Part shown: positions 61,942 through 64,000 of the stretch, one piece after another
Layout: the number at the start of each line of letters is the position of its first letter
Position numbering within the stretch: position 1 is the first letter of the stretch
Source of the DNA: Flavobacteriales bacterium
Lineage (GTDB): Bacteria > Bacteroidota > Bacteroidia > Palsa-965
Direction of reading: 5' to 3'
DNA: 64,000 nt
Assembly: GCA_040377305.1 (NCBI GenBank)
Contig: JBEIPA010000016.1
Location: forward strand, 1-64,000
Notes under the pieces: model-generated
What the model was told of the DNA's origin: nothing
Seen by the model: only the letters and a program-made list of their open reading frames with translations
Database searches by the model: none
Position numbers and translations under genes: made by a program

Positions 61942-62006
61942 TTTACATTCTATGATGTACGACGCATGCAGATCGTAAATCGTAAATGACAAATCGTAAT
62001 TGACCT

Positions 62007-63257
62007 ATGGCAATCATTGAACTAAAAGTTCCATCACCGGGTGAATCAATCACCGAAGTCACAATAAGCCGCTGGCTGGTAAAAACCGGCGACGTTGTAG
62101 AAAAAGATCAGGAGCTTGCGGAAATTGAATCCGACAAAGCAACACTTACCATCAACGCAGAAGACGCCGGGAAAGTTGAAATATTCGGGAACGATGGAGA
62201 CGTTGTTAAAGTCGGTGATGTGATTTGCAAAATCGACACCAGCGTAAAACCTGAAGCTGGAGCGAAAAAGGCTTCGGCAAAGAAAGAAACTCCAAAGAAA
62301 GAAGAAGCAAAAGCCGAGGAGAAAGCAACGCCTGTTGAGACAGCGTCAACAAAGTCTGAAAATGCGAAAGCGACTCCTGTTGCGAAAAACATTATTGCGG
62401 AGCACAAACTCGAATCCAAATCCATCCACGGAAGCGGCTCCAACGGCAAGATCATGAAGAATGATGTGCTGTCGGTGCTTGCGAATGGTTTTGATCAGAA
62501 AGCTGTTGCCGGTGGCTGGGGCGGAACGCGAGAAGAACGCAAAGAGAAAATGTCTCCGTTACGGAAGAAGCTTGCTCAGCGTTTGGTTTCGGTGAAGCAG
62601 AATACTGCAATGCTCACTACGTTTAATGAAGTGGACATGAGCGCTATTATGGCTATACGTGCGAAGTACAAAGAGCAGTTCAAAGAAAAATTCGGTGTGA
62701 ATGTTGGCTTCATGTCCTTCTTCACGAAAGCCGTTTGTGAAGCCTTGCATTTATTCCCCGCAGTGAATGCGTACATCGAAGACGAGAACATTGTGTTTCA
62801 CGACTACTGTGACATCGGAATTGCGGTGAGTGCACCGAAAGGATTAATGGTTCCCGTAATTCGTAACGCAGAAGTAATGGGACTCGCACAGATCGAAGGC
62901 GAAATCAAACGTCTTGCACTCAAAGCACGCGACAGCAAACTTACAATCGATGACATGAGTGGTGGAACGTTCACCATCACCAACGGAGGAGTATTCGGCT
63001 CATTAATGAGTACACCTATTCTGAATCCACCGCAGAGTGCAATTCTCGGAATGCACAATGTGGTTGATCGCCCGGTTGCTGTAAACGGACAAGTTGTAAT
63101 TCGCCCAATGATGTACGTTGCGCTCAGTTACGATCACCGGATCATCGATGGCAAAGACAGCGTGAGCTTCCTCGTGAAAGTGAAAGAGATGCTGGAAAAT
63201 CCGATGAAGCTACTGCTCGGCGGAAAGAATCCGGAAGAGGTTATTCTGGGATTGTAG
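62007..63257 (+). CDS. sucB: 2-oxoglutarate dehydrogenase E2 succinyltransferase
   Basis: Lipoyl domain ESDKAT; SYDHRIIDG. Confidence 0.96.
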   Translation: MAIIELKVPSPGESITEVTISRWLVKTGDVVEKDQELAEIESDKATLTINAEDAGKVEIFGNDGDVVKVGDVICKIDTSVKPEAGAKKASAKKETPKKEEAKAEEKATPVETASTKSENAKATPVAKNIIAEHKLESKSIHGSGSNGKIMKNDVLSVLANGFDQKAVAGGWGGTREERKEKMSPLRKKLAQRLVSVKQNTAMLTTFNEVDMSAIMAIRAKYKEQFKEKFGVNVGFMSFFTKAVCEALHLFPAVNAYIEDENIVFHDYCDIGIAVSAPKGLMVPVIRNAEVMGLAQIEGEIKRLALKARDSKLTIDDMSGGTFTITNGGVFGSLMSTPILNPPQSAILGMHNVVDRPVAVNGQVVIRPMMYVALSYDHRIIDGKDSVSFLVKVKEMLENPMKLLLGGKNPEEVILGL

Positions 63258-63260
63258 CGA

Positions 63261-63962
63261 TCAATGTACGAATCGCGAATTAGAAACGCGTCCGTCATCG
63301 TCGACACAACTGATCATGAAAATACCATTGGGCATGTCTGTGAGCACGAATGCACATTCGTTTTTGCCCCGAACATCCCGTGTTTCCAGTAGTTTACCAT
63401 CAGAAGAATATAAATTCACCGTGGTATATTCCCAGCCCGACCAACCAACGCCAATCGTAAATGGTGCAGGGTTCGGATAGTACCAAAATTGCGGTGGAGC
63501 CAATGGAGGATTCATTCCCGCCGGAAAAAAATTATCAAACGTCGCAGTCACACATGAATAGTTGTTCATGTCCAACCGATCCCAAAAGCAATAATTAATT
63601 GTCGCAATTCCACCATTGTTATTTGGGAAATACAATCCCTGAAAAGTTTGCATTCCCGCTGGGGCAATGATTTCTGAAACAACAGATGAGTCTGCATTCG
63701 GTGGATATTGCGTCGCGCCCCAAATCATTGCATTGGATGACGTAACGGGTGCGGTGAGCACTAATCGTCCCGCTACAACATCACGTGATACAGAATCAAC
63801 ATTCTCCACCGTGAGGTCACACAGCATTTGTGTTGCATTTGTGTCAGCGATGTAAATCACACCCGATGTAACGTCAATTAACTGATCGTCGTAAATACGA
63901 AATGAGCTTTGCGCGTGAAGTGCTCCACCAGATAGTATTGCAAGCAGAACGATCCTTTTCAT
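63261..63962 (-). CDS. Small secreted protein with T9SS type A CTD
   Basis: Signal peptide MKRIVLL, Ig-like domain, YPNPA...GIFMI. Confidence 0.78.
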   Translation of the reverse strand: MKRIVLLAILSGGALHAQSSFRIYDDQLIDVTSGVIYIADTNATQMLCDLTVENVDSVSRDVVAGRLVLTAPVTSSNAMIWGATQYPPNADSSVVSEIIAPAGMQTFQGLYFPNNNGGIATINYCFWDRLDMNNYSCVTATFDNFFPAGMNPPLAPPQFWYYPNPAPFTIGVGWSGWEYTTVNLYSSDGKLLETRDVRGKNECAFVLTDMPNGIFMISCVDDDGRVSNSRFVH

Positions 63963-64000
63963 GTTAGCGCGCAATTACAAATGTGGTCGCATTTCCTGAG

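Overview
64 kb of a Bacteroidota chromosome (TAnnTTTG promoters, type IX secretion (T9SS) cargo, gldM/porG homologs). It starts with the 5' part of a minus-strand rRNA operon (16S, tRNA-Ile, tRNA-Ala, partial 23S) driven by three tandem promoters. The rest is mostly housekeeping and envelope genes (nadB, nfuA, the CBS-POTRA-nadK-porG-uppS-bamA-skp-skp-murI cluster, pdxJ, tsaB, acpH, sucA/sucB) mixed with six T9SS cargo genes. No transposase, integrase, phage or CRISPR feature is visible. The most interesting signals are: (1) several families of 150-200 bp intergenic elements with nested inverted repeats, one keeping motif spacing almost exactly while the spacer sequence varies; (2) a Cys/His-rich, PP-ending upstream ORF joined to a TonB-receptor/HMA operon by a hairpin covering the receptor's initiation region, a candidate metal-responsive translational switch; (3) a stand-alone gldM homolog flanked by terminators; (4) nine genes with an apparently leaderless layout; (5) a sphingomyelin-synthase-like PAP2 gene coupled to a LytS/LytTR pair. 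All product calls come from motif recognition by eye, not database searches.
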